A stretch of 64,000 nucleotides of DNA, from IMG/VR virus record IMGVR_UViG_3300028833_000001, positions 191,171 to 255,170 of that record. One strand, written 5' to 3'. The notes under the pieces are model-generated. The model was not told where the DNA came from, ran no database searches, and was given only the letters and a program-made list of their open reading frames with translations. The DNA is from a virus. Taxonomy: Duplodnaviria > Heunggongvirae > Uroviricota > Caudoviricetes. Below are positions 29,333-38,288 of the stretch, one piece after another. The position numbers were made by a program, and so were the translations under genes. Position 1 is the first letter of the stretch. Every line of letters begins with the position of its first letter.

Positions 29333-30577
29333 TTAATCTTCATATTTTTTCTTTATGATTGATTTATACCATTCAGCACGTTCTTTTGTTACGTTTCTAA
29401 TGTCATATTTGTCCTTTACCGTTTCGTACATATTATTTGCTATCATTTGTATGTATTCTGGGTTGTTGACAAGTTTTTGGATTGCTTTAGACCATGCTTT
29501 GTGCTTTTTTTCTGGTTCGATTAAAATGCAATTTCCAGTTTCATCTATTTCTCCTCCTGGTTTAAAAAAGCTCTTACTTCCTATTGTATACGGACCGAAA
29601 TTGGTGCATATAACAGCCGTTTTGGTAAAGCCACCTTCAATAAATTTAAGTTCTGATTTTACTTCATTAAATCCGTTAGTGTCTAATGGTGCAAAAAGAA
29701 CATCAAGGTTTCTGTAGTGCATTGCGAAATCTGTCACGTCTTTTGTCCATTCTCTTCTATATGGTTCGTTTTCAACTAGTGGCCATTGAACGCCTTTGAT
29801 AAATTTTTTCAAAAATTCAGCGTATTCTGGAGAAACGTTTCTATAGTTGTTTGTGCATGTTTTTTCGTATGAAAACCAAACGGATTCTTCTGGCTTAATT
29901 GGTCTTTGTCCTGCACTTGTTCCGTCTGCATTTAACATATTTACAACACCCCTTAGGTCGTAACCACACAATACAATTTGAATTTTTGACAATGTTTCTT
30001 TTGACAATGTCGCAAACACATTTTTAAATTGCTCCATATCTTTTTCGTGTGCGGAACCCATTACAAATCCAAATCTAAGCCTTTGTGATGGGTTTTTAAT
30101 TGGTTTGTATTGTTCTTCCTCTGGGTCAATTGCGTTTGGAAAAACTTTAACTTTATTTGTGTGCTTTCTTATTTTGTTTGCAAAAATATCTGTTGTTGTT
30201 GTTACATAATCAAAGCGTTTTAAATTTTCAATTAATTTTTCTGGTATTTTCATTAATTTGTTCGTCAAATACAATGGATGTTGTTGGCCAACTTCCCAGT
30301 TATCATCAATATCCATAACTGTTGTTATATTGTTTTCCTTGCAATAATCAAGAAACGTCCAAAAACTATCCATATCTTGATACAATCCTTTATGTATATG
30401 AATTAAATCATATTTGTCAAAAAAGTGCAAGTTTTTCCAGTCTGGATTATAGTTTATTTCAACATCAAATTCATTACCATAAAGTTTGTCTAATTGGGTA
30501 TGTGGGCTTACAGAACGATACCAGCCAACACCGAACCTATCTGATGGTACTACTAAAACAGAAAATCTATGACTCAT
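29333..30577 (-). CDS. Glycosyltransferase, GT-B fold (family 4-like)
   Basis: G.YRS..PH, VMDIDD.W, RFGFVMGSAHEKD, LDVLFAPL...FN.VKSELKFIEG. Confidence 0.8.
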   Translation of the reverse strand: MSHRFSVLVVPSDRFGVGWYRSVSPHTQLDKLYGNEFDVEINYNPDWKNLHFFDKYDLIHIHKGLYQDMDSFWTFLDYCKENNITTVMDIDDNWEVGQQHPLYLTNKLMKIPEKLIENLKRFDYVTTTTDIFANKIRKHTNKVKVFPNAIDPEEEQYKPIKNPSQRLRFGFVMGSAHEKDMEQFKNVFATLSKETLSKIQIVLCGYDLRGVVNMLNADGTSAGQRPIKPEESVWFSYEKTCTNNYRNVSPEYAEFLKKFIKGVQWPLVENEPYRREWTKDVTDFAMHYRNLDVLFAPLDTNGFNEVKSELKFIEGGFTKTAVICTNFGPYTIGSKSFFKPGGEIDETGNCILIEPEKKHKAWSKAIQKLVNNPEYIQMIANNMYETVKDKYDIRNVTKERAEWYKSIIKKKYED

Positions 30578-30627
30578 AGCAATATTTGTTTATTAATTTC
30601 AATTTTTTGAATTATTTTTTTATATGA

Positions 30628-30656
30628 AATATAATGATAAAAAGAATAAAAATCAA
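30628..30656 (-). promoter_or_regulatory. Sigma70-like promoter TTGATT-N17-TATATT
   Basis: Plus strand AATCAA at 30651-30656 and AATATA at 30628-30633. Confidence 0.5.
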
Positions 30657-30664
30657 CTATTTAT
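30656..30664 (+). promoter_or_regulatory. Putative late promoter ACTATTTAT
   Basis: Core 30 nt before ATG 30687; shares base 30656 with the opposite -35 box. Confidence 0.6.
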
Positions 30665-30686
30665 TAAGTAAAGTAAATTTATAGAA

Positions 30687-31058
30687 ATGAAAAAAGAATT
30701 TGTAAATTTTATTTGTGAACTTCACGGTTACCTGATTAGAGTGAAAGAAATACATTGGAATACTGATAGTAATTCTGAACATTTGCAATGTGACGATTTT
30801 CATGGTGAACTTTTAGAATTAGAAGATGAATTTGCTGAAGGTTGCATGGGATTGGACGGCAATAAATTTGAAATCGGGAAATTATTACCATTAGTACCAA
30901 ATTCAAAAGATTTTAAACAAATATTAAAAGAATTTGAACAAGATGTCATCAAAATGAAGAAACAAACATCTGACGAAAAATATGGAGGGTTAAACAGCGT
31001 TCTTGATGATATGCTTCAATTGGCAAATAAATATAAATACAGAGCCACACAAAAATGA
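30687..31058 (+). CDS. Ferritin/Dps-like four-helix protein
   Basis: KEIHWNT, EHLQCDDFH, DEFAEG, KYKYRAT pattern. Confidence 0.6.
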   Translation: MKKEFVNFICELHGYLIRVKEIHWNTDSNSEHLQCDDFHGELLELEDEFAEGCMGLDGNKFEIGKLLPLVPNSKDFKQILKEFEQDVIKMKKQTSDEKYGGLNSVLDDMLQLANKYKYRATQK

Positions 31059-31633
31059 GCAAAAGAACAATAATATTAACACAGCATCAACTTGATGAAA
31101 TAGTTGGCGGAGGTGGTAATTCACCGTATTTTGATGGTGAATCTGTTCCTAATAACGCAAATTTAATATCAACTAACGGTAGTTCTGACAAAACAAATCA
31201 AACAACTGATAATTTTGCATCTTCATTACCAAGAGGCACGTACAACAGAATGGGTGTTATGTCTATGCATGAAGAAAATGCAAGGCTAGCCCAAAAAAAA
31301 TTTGGTGCTAAAGACGGAAATCCAGGAAAAAGTTATGAGGCGACAAAAAAAACTGTTTCACGAATGAATCAGGCAAAAAAAACAATGCAAACTGGAGCGA
31401 CGCAAGATATTAAAAACCAGGCAGCAAAAACTTTGCAGAACATGCAAAACAATAACAACATAGACTTAAATACACTTGAGAATCAATATACTATTTCGAA
31501 AAATATTGATGCAAATGACCGCAAAAAAAAAGTACAAAACGGCGAAAGGGTTTTAAAATCAGCGCCTAAAACTGGAGTTGGAACTGCACATACGGTAAAA
31601 ACTAATAATAATAGTTTTATAACATATAAATAA
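31055..31633 (+). CDS. Hypothetical protein with partial head-type leader
   Basis: MSKRTIILTQHQLDEIV start; overlaps the previous stop. Confidence 0.75.
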   Translation: MSKRTIILTQHQLDEIVGGGGNSPYFDGESVPNNANLISTNGSSDKTNQTTDNFASSLPRGTYNRMGVMSMHEENARLAQKKFGAKDGNPGKSYEATKKTVSRMNQAKKTMQTGATQDIKNQAAKTLQNMQNNNNIDLNTLENQYTISKNIDANDRKKKVQNGERVLKSAPKTGVGTAHTVKTNNNSFITYK

Positions 31634-31653
31634 AGAAGTAAAAATATATACAA

Positions 31654-32022
31654 ATGCAAACATGTCTAGAAAATAAAGGTATTGAAGCGAGGAATGAATC
31701 TCTTGTTAGAAATGATTATACTCGTATTGAAGAATATTCTGCAACACATCCAGACGCGATAAGTAACGGTGATGCCCTTGGAAAGGGTACTGGACACGGA
31801 GGCCATACGCATTCTGTACCAGATTGTACTGCCCCGTCAACAATTAATTACTCAAATTTCGATACTGAAAACGCTGGCGGCTTATATGATATTTCTGGAA
31901 GAAATGGTGTCGGCGGAAGAACATTCTTGAAAAATATTTCAGTATATAATGAAACATATCAATACGGGCCTAACTTGGTTGATACAACACTTAATGTTCA
32001 AGATGGACAAATAGTAATTTAA
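31654..32022 (+). CDS. Hypothetical Gly-rich protein, probably virion
   Basis: 122 aa in the late operon. Confidence 0.75.
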   Translation: MQTCLENKGIEARNESLVRNDYTRIEEYSATHPDAISNGDALGKGTGHGGHTHSVPDCTAPSTINYSNFDTENAGGLYDISGRNGVGGRTFLKNISVYNETYQYGPNLVDTTLNVQDGQIVI

Positions 32023-32879
32023 TGGAATTATTCTCTGAAATAGTAAACGAATCTGAACTGCTAACCGAATTAAAAAAAAGCAGGGAAAAGGATGTTATTT
32101 ATGCAATAAATAACATGCTTCATGTTCGTATTGGTTATAACGACGAACAAGGTGGTAAAGGTAAACGAGAGCGTTTTATATATCCAGTCGCTTATGGATT
32201 GACTAAACGTGGAAATCCAGCTATTAGAGCATTTCAAACTGCTGGTTCAACAAAACGTGGTGTTCCAAAATGGAAGTTGTTTTTATTTGATAGAATTTTT
32301 TCATGGTCTAACGGTAAAAGGTCATTTAAGGTTTATTCTGACTCATTGAAGGAGTTAGGATTTAATGATTCTGGTGACCTTGGAATGACGAAAATTTTCG
32401 CTATTGCTCCAATTGCTCGCGAAGATGTTATGGTGGCATCTCCTAGTTCTAACGATATTTCACAACCATTTAATAAAACAGATATTAGCCAAACTGATGA
32501 TGTACAGAATAAGGTGAAAAATACGTCAAACGACTACATGAAAGCGTCTCAACAAAGAAAATCTGATGTTGACAATACTAGTCGCAATGTATACATTAAT
32601 AATGATGCTAACGATTTGGCAATTGACTCGCCAAAAACTGAACCGATAACAAAGAAGCAGAATATGCTTCCAAAACAGAAAGCACAAAATAAAACTAATT
32701 TATACTCGCCAGACACAAAACCTGTTGAAAAAAATGACATTATGCCAGTACAAAATGATTATAGTACAGACACGACACAACAGACTGGGCAAGAAAACGA
32801 ATTTCAAACAAAAGTTCATAACCTTATGGATAGAATGAATAATTTATATAAAAACACAGAAGACGATGGCAATATCTAA
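32022..32879 (+). CDS. WYL-like domain protein with low-complexity tail
   Basis: RIGY...RFIYPVAYG...IRAFQ...WKLFLFDRI..W. Confidence 0.55.
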   Translation: MELFSEIVNESELLTELKKSREKDVIYAINNMLHVRIGYNDEQGGKGKRERFIYPVAYGLTKRGNPAIRAFQTAGSTKRGVPKWKLFLFDRIFSWSNGKRSFKVYSDSLKELGFNDSGDLGMTKIFAIAPIAREDVMVASPSSNDISQPFNKTDISQTDDVQNKVKNTSNDYMKASQQRKSDVDNTSRNVYINNDANDLAIDSPKTEPITKKQNMLPKQKAQNKTNLYSPDTKPVEKNDIMPVQNDYSTDTTQQTGQENEFQTKVHNLMDRMNNLYKNTEDDGNI

Positions 32880-33417
32880 AGAAGAACTAGCAAAAATATT
32901 AAGCGGACCAGCTAGAGAACTTTGCGAAAGACATGCAAATGAAACATCAAATCAAGTTAGAAATAGCCCTAATTTGATGACAGAAGAACAATATTATGAC
33001 GATGATTACTACTATGGACATGATGAATATCAAACTCCAGCGCAACAAACTGGTGATTTTCAAATATCAAAACAAGGAATTACAAACAGCAAACTTCCAA
33101 CTTATATAAAGGAGTCAATGGTTAATCACCCAATAGATGTTAGTGCACTTGATAATACTTCGGTTTTAAACTCTGTGCAAAAACAAGTTAAACCAAAAAA
33201 GATAAAACCAATAACCGAAAATCTAGTAAAAAGTCAATCACAAACAAATGGGCAAATAGATTATTCTATAATCAAAGCTATTGTTAACGACTGCCTAACT
33301 AATTTTTTTAATGAAAACGGATTTTTGTCTGACATAAAATTAAAAGGTGGTAATATTTTAATTACAGACAACAAAGGAGAAACTTATGTGGCTAAACTTG
33401 AAAAAATAAACAAATAA
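32866..33417 (+). CDS. Hypothetical protein
   Basis: 183 aa; contains IIKAIVNDCLTNFFNE, a variant of the recurrent motif. Confidence 0.75.
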   Translation: MAISKEELAKILSGPARELCERHANETSNQVRNSPNLMTEEQYYDDDYYYGHDEYQTPAQQTGDFQISKQGITNSKLPTYIKESMVNHPIDVSALDNTSVLNSVQKQVKPKKIKPITENLVKSQSQTNGQIDYSIIKAIVNDCLTNFFNENGFLSDIKLKGGNILITDNKGETYVAKLEKINK

Positions 33418-33431
33418 ATTATTAACATATT

Positions 33432-33563
33432 ATGAAAGTTACACAAGAACAACTAGAACAAATTGTTAAAGAAGCGACAAAAGATGCACTAAAAAAAATT
33501 ATTAAAGAAAATGTTGCTTTTAATAAAACAACACAGAAAAATAAAAATATAAACAAAAAATAA
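33432..33563 (+). CDS. 43-aa protein missed by the ORF track, consisting mostly of the recurrent head-type motif
   Basis: Translated by hand: MKVTQEQLEQIVKEATKDALKKIIKENVAFNKTTQKNKNINKK. Starts 14 nt after the previous stop and ends at the terminator. Confidence 0.7.
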   Translation: MKVTQEQLEQIVKEATKDALKKIIKENVAFNKTTQKNKNINKK

Positions 33564-33594
33564 AAAAGAGGCTCAAATGAGTCTCTTTTTTTTT
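33562..33594. terminator. Bidirectional terminator
   Basis: AAAAAAGAGGCTC-AAAT-GAGTCTCTTTTTT between the late operon and the DNA polymerase gene. Confidence 0.85.
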
Positions 33595-33639
33595 TTGGAC
33601 TAAAGTCCAATTGCCAGGTCGGGGTTTATTATAAATATT

Positions 33640-36600
33640 TTAATATTCAGATTCTATTTCTTCATCAGAAAGATTTTCTTGAGAATCAATCACATCATAA
33701 AATGTTCCTATCGTAATATCTGGGTATTCTTTTGACATAAAATTAAATGTTACTGGGTCTAAAGTTACTATTTTTGTTAAACCACTTGGCAATTCGCCAT
33801 CGTTTAGTTTTTCAAAATCTTCAGAATTCATGGAACCTATAATATTATAAAATTCTTGTCTAATCTTATCTATACCAAGATTTTTTTCATGTTCCATTCT
33901 TTCTATGTAATCATTTTTGATTTTTTCCCAATCCATGCCACACTCATTAATAAAAGGAATATCCCACTCTGGATGTTTCATCCAAAAATGTATCTCCTTA
34001 TCATCCATAGTCATAAGTTGTTCAAATGTATCTTGGTCAGTAGGTTTATTTGGGTGACCGTTTGACAATTTACACTCTTCATTAGTGAAATAAGGTTTTT
34101 CGTTTGGATTGTTAATCAAAATTCTATTTCTTATTTCTGGACTGAAACACACAAGAAGCGGTGTAATTCTCTTATTAAATTGAGAAATATATTTTGGAAC
34201 ATTATATTCATTTCCTTCTTCACAAAAAACATCTTCTTCAGAATCTATAATTGATTGTGGTATGTAAGAACAACACAAGATGATTTCATCTTCGATAGTT
34301 ACTTCAGGATAATGTTTTTTGACATACTCCTTTAATGTCAATCGAGAACTCTCTGGTGCTGCTTTACCATCAGTTACATCGGCTTTCCAAATTTTTTCAT
34401 ATGCAGACTTTTTATCAACTCTATCATTAAAAAGTCCATCAGTAACATAGAAATGTGTTACTTTTTTTGTATCTGCATTTGATTTAGATTTTCCAGTGTT
34501 AATGTAATAAATGGTCTCACCGACATTTACATTTAAATTTTCCTTAATAGCTAATTCCATCCAGGCTTGTCTAGCTTTTGGGTTACCAGCTTTTGTTATT
34601 GTTTTACAATCTTCCTTATATTCGTTGATTGTTTTCTTTACTTTACCTTTTGATGCAATCAATTGAATCGGAATTTGATAGTTGTAAATTTTATCAATAT
34701 ACGAATAATATTCATTAAGAAATTCTTGTCCTTTGTTTTTCAACAATAATCTAATACCAACTTCCAAAAATTTTGAAATATATTCAGGCATCTTCTTAGA
34801 TTTGATTGTATTACCAACTAGTTTTACATCTTCTGGAAATGGTTCATCAGGAAAATGGTCTGCATAATTTTTTCTACTAAAATTAATTGTCGATTCAACG
34901 ACTTCATCAATACCCAAACCCATCTTATTGATACTTAAATCGCTATAATGAAAATCTCGCATGAACAAGTCATTAAATTCTGCAACATCAGCTTTAAAAC
35001 CTGTATATGCTTTACCTTTTTCAGTAACACGTGATAATCCTGTGCTGATATATGGATTATCGTCAGTATACCTAAATGAATCATTGTCAGGAAGTTTAAA
35101 ATTAAAACCATCTGTATCACCAACGATAGGTTCATATCCAATGTGATTAAACCAACTAATCATTAACCTCAAAGATTGTCTTCCAGTACAAGTGACTCTT
35201 TCTGCACAGTCAATACTACCCCAAGGAAACACGTGCGTTGCTCCATAACTACCGAAAAATGAGTTACCTAAAATTTTAAGAGGCAGCTGTTTTTTATCAT
35301 TTGCGCTTTCTTCCTCTTTCCATTTCATCATTTCAGCATTAAGAGCACGACCTTCTTCTTTAGAAGAATAGTCTCTTGCCTGTAGTTTTGCTTTTATCGC
35401 ATCAGCTTTCTTTGATGCTGATTTTTTTAAGTCTTTATATTTTTCACGTTGAGTTAAAACGTGTTCCAAAAAAGCCAACATTGCCCCCATAAGGTCCTTT
35501 TTGTTGCTTATACCCCAAGTCAAAATAATAGACGGATAAAGTGAGTTATAGTCAAGTTTAACAACATTATCAACAAAACCGACTTTCAAAAGTCTTGACA
35601 AACCACCAGTAAACCTCAATTTTGGCTCCATATTTGGAATTGCGAGATTGTTTTCGTAACTCCAAGCCATCATTAATGATTTCCATTGACCAGCAGTTCC
35701 CATTGTACAACATTTTTGAAATGGTACTGGCAACATTTTGCAAATCAAGAAGTTTGGTGTATTATATCTATGTTCAACCTTATCACATTCCCAAAGGTCA
35801 TCCAACAAATATCTGGAAACAATATATTTACCACTTACTAATCTATATCCATCATATAATACTGGTTTTGTGTATAACGTAAATTTATCACCAGTCTTAC
35901 CTTTTTTGTTTTCTGTTTGTACCTTGTTTCCGCAAGATTCATCATAGATATACCAATCACCATCTTCATCACAAAACGCATATCTTTCCGTATTGTCATT
36001 CCATACTTCTGAAATTCTATTGCCTTGAACATAAACACGGTCAGGTTTTACAATTTTTGAATATTTTGTAACATATTTCAAATTGGAAAACAACATATTT
36101 GAGTCAATTGCCTGTGCTCTTCTTACTGCATGTAATGAGTCGGTTATAACAATACCAGGAACAATTGTTTTATTGTATTTTTCAATTTCTCCACCAAGTT
36201 TTAAAACAGTTTCCTTTTTGTCTTTGTAAATCGGTTTTCCGTTAAAATATTTTGGAGAAATTTCTTCTATTGATGTGCCTAGTCTTTCACATGCACCAAC
36301 AATAAGATTCCAGTCGAATGTTTCACCGTTATGTGCTGTAATGACATCAGGTTGAAAAGTATAGATTACTCTAAGGAAATTCTCAATGTTTTTTAATTCT
36401 GAGGCATTTTTTTCTTCTTCTGTTTCTCCAATAACTTCAAAAATTTTTTCAAAATCAATTTTTTGCCCCTTATATAAAACAGGTCTATTAAATCTAATAC
36501 CAAACTGTTCAATTCTATCTTTCTTTGTATCAAGACCTGTTGACTCCAAGTCGAAAATCAATCTTAAAATGTCATCATAATCATCATATCCCTTAAACAT

Positions 36601-37122
36601 TCGTTTCCCAGTGGAAATCATAAATTGTTCAACCGCTGTTACGGCCAAATACTGTTTTGATTCTTTTTTTGATTCTGGAACATCAGTAAATGATTGGCTA
36701 TTATTTTTATTCTCAGAATAAACAGGATTTCTTGCTTCTTTAAAAAATTTTAGAAAATCAGAGTATGACATCGGCTGTTTCGCATAAAACATATACATAT
36801 AGCCATCTTTCATCTCATCAACAGCTTCACCATTTGTATTGGTTATATCAAGTTGTTTAACACCAACATTATACTTTTTAAGTAATCCTCTTAATTCTTC
36901 TCTGTCACCATCACACAACTTTAAACATGCACTTTTTTTAGCCCAAACAAACGGGTAAAACGGTTCGGTTGTTTTATGCTTTATATCATTTTCATCCCTA
37001 TAAAATACAGTAACAAAATTGTCCCTATTTGAGCATTCAATATTGACAATTCGTTCTTGTGGGTCATTTCCATTTAAGAATGATGCAATTTCGTCTGGTG
37101 TTAAAATTTTCTTATTTTCCAC
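33640..37122 (-). CDS. polB: Family B DNA polymerase with 3'-5' exonuclease
   Basis: Exo I IFDLEST, Exo II HNGETFDW, Exo III YLLDD; KLDYNSLYPS, KILGNSFFG, VGDTDG. GTG start. Confidence 0.95.
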   Translation of the reverse strand: MENKKILTPDEIASFLNGNDPQERIVNIECSNRDNFVTVFYRDENDIKHKTTEPFYPFVWAKKSACLKLCDGDREELRGLLKKYNVGVKQLDITNTNGEAVDEMKDGYMYMFYAKQPMSYSDFLKFFKEARNPVYSENKNNSQSFTDVPESKKESKQYLAVTAVEQFMISTGKRMFKGYDDYDDILRLIFDLESTGLDTKKDRIEQFGIRFNRPVLYKGQKIDFEKIFEVIGETEEEKNASELKNIENFLRVIYTFQPDVITAHNGETFDWNLIVGACERLGTSIEEISPKYFNGKPIYKDKKETVLKLGGEIEKYNKTIVPGIVITDSLHAVRRAQAIDSNMLFSNLKYVTKYSKIVKPDRVYVQGNRISEVWNDNTERYAFCDEDGDWYIYDESCGNKVQTENKKGKTGDKFTLYTKPVLYDGYRLVSGKYIVSRYLLDDLWECDKVEHRYNTPNFLICKMLPVPFQKCCTMGTAGQWKSLMMAWSYENNLAIPNMEPKLRFTGGLSRLLKVGFVDNVVKLDYNSLYPSIILTWGISNKKDLMGAMLAFLEHVLTQREKYKDLKKSASKKADAIKAKLQARDYSSKEEGRALNAEMMKWKEEESANDKKQLPLKILGNSFFGSYGATHVFPWGSIDCAERVTCTGRQSLRLMISWFNHIGYEPIVGDTDGFNFKLPDNDSFRYTDDNPYISTGLSRVTEKGKAYTGFKADVAEFNDLFMRDFHYSDLSINKMGLGIDEVVESTINFSRKNYADHFPDEPFPEDVKLVGNTIKSKKMPEYISKFLEVGIRLLLKNKGQEFLNEYYSYIDKIYNYQIPIQLIASKGKVKKTINEYKEDCKTITKAGNPKARQAWMELAIKENLNVNVGETIYYINTGKSKSNADTKKVTHFYVTDGLFNDRVDKKSAYEKIWKADVTDGKAAPESSRLTLKEYVKKHYPEVTIEDEIILCCSYIPQSIIDSEEDVFCEEGNEYNVPKYISQFNKRITPLLVCFSPEIRNRILINNPNEKPYFTNEECKLSNGHPNKPTDQDTFEQLMTMDDKEIHFWMKHPEWDIPFINECGMDWEKIKNDYIERMEHEKNLGIDKIRQEFYNIIGSMNSEDFEKLNDGELPSGLTKIVTLDPVTFNFMSKEYPDITIGTFYDVIDSQENLSDEEIESEY

Positions 37123-37173
37123 TTTAAATCAAAATTTATTACTTATAATGATACAAATTATAATATTAAAAAC

Positions 37174-37204
37174 AAAAAAAATCAGTCATTATTGGCTGAT
37201 TTTA
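37174..37204 (-). terminator. Terminator after the 37211-38288 cluster
   Basis: Minus strand AAAATCAGCC-AATAAT-GACTGATTTT plus T run. Confidence 0.7.
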
Positions 37205-37210
37205 ATTTAA

Positions 37211-37609
37211 TTATTGATTAATAACGTTTATTTCCCAATTATATTCTACAATTTTTTGATAAATCACATCAATTTTTTCTCCAAAGTAAAATACAACTCT
37301 TCCAAATTCTGGATATTCATCAAGGTTTTCAATATCAATCCACGATAGTGGAAAAATTTTATAAGTCGCATATTCAATAGAATAACAAGTGGTTTCCTGT
37401 ATGGTTTTAAACGGCAACGTTGTTTTCATTCTATAAATTGACGAATATGTAGTTTTTTCTGGTGTTGTATCGCCTAGCGATGCTGGATTGTTAATATCCC
37501 AGTCTTGTCCCCAAACAAAGTCTGGAGTGTTACTAAAAAACAATAAATACTCATATAAACCTTCTGGATTTATACCATCATATTTGACATATACTAAAAC
37601 TTCATCCAT
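37211..37609 (-). CDS. Hypothetical protein, paralog of 37611..38093
   Basis: Colinear motif match (see findings). Confidence 0.8.
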   Translation of the reverse strand: MDEVLVYVKYDGINPEGLYEYLLFFSNTPDFVWGQDWDINNPASLGDTTPEKTTYSSIYRMKTTLPFKTIQETTCYSIEYATYKIFPLSWIDIENLDEYPEFGRVVFYFGEKIDVIYQKIVEYNWEINVINQ

Positions 37610-37610
37610 T

Positions 37611-38093
37611 TTAAAAATCTAAATCGTCAATATCATTATTATGTTCGTCTAATTTATTAATTAGTTTTTTTATCGGTTTTTCACTGTCAATTTCGATTTT
37701 TTCCTCATCATATAATTTAATGTTTAAATTACCAAGTATTTTAACAACGTTTTCATGCGTTTCGCCAAACCTTAAAAAAAATGGAACGTCATCTATCGTG
37801 AGTTTATCATCGCCTATTTCAGCAAAACATAGCGGTATTATTCCATCAATACAATCTTGCATTGAAAAACAATAGTTTTTTTTGGCTAATATTAACTTAT
37901 TTGGAAAATTTGCTTTAGCAGATGATGAAACTGAATTTTTGTCAACTTGAAGATTTGGTATTATTGCTGACGGAACAATGTTGAAATATTCGCCCCAGAC
38001 TATATCTGTATCTGATGTGAAATAAAATCTATAAACATATTCACCATCTACATTTTCACCAATATCATCAACAAAAGCTAAATATTCATCCAT
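37611..38093 (-). CDS. Hypothetical protein, paralog of 37211..37609
   Basis: Colinear motif match (see findings). Confidence 0.8.
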   Translation of the reverse strand: MDEYLAFVDDIGENVDGEYVYRFYFTSDTDIVWGEYFNIVPSAIIPNLQVDKNSVSSSAKANFPNKLILAKKNYCFSMQDCIDGIIPLCFAEIGDDKLTIDDVPFFLRFGETHENVVKILGNLNIKLYDEEKIEIDSEKPIKKLINKLDEHNNDIDDLDF

Positions 38094-38102
38094 TTTATGC
38101 CA

Positions 38103-38288
38103 CTATAATTCTTTTATTTCGTCAACGGTTGGGTTGCCCAACATTATTACCTTTTCTTTTGGGTCATACCAGCATCTAGTTATTAACACTTCATTTGTAT
38201 CGGCATCTTTATTCCAGTTTGTTTTCCATATTACCTTTGCATCATTATCAAATTGTTTAAGTATTTTTCTTAACTCTTTATTTGTCAT
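38103..38288 (-). CDS. Small hypothetical protein
   Basis: 61 aa, overlaps the helicase stop. Confidence 0.7.
   Translation of the reverse strand: MTNKELRKILKQFDNDAKVIWKTNWNKDADTNEVLITRCWYDPKEKVIMLGNPTVDEIKEL

Noticed and set aside
33422-33610. Minus-strand 62-aa ORF from the track
   Set aside because: TTG start, crosses a terminator, and is the Phe-rich shadow of the more credible plus-strand 43-aa ORF.
33630-33637. TATAAATA / TATTTATA box after the polymerase stop
   Set aside because: No credible gene downstream in either orientation; probably chance in AT-rich DNA.
33640-37122. Intein or intron in the DNA polymerase
   Set aside because: Motifs are in order with only modest insertions; no intein splice-junction blocks or LAGLIDADG helices seen.
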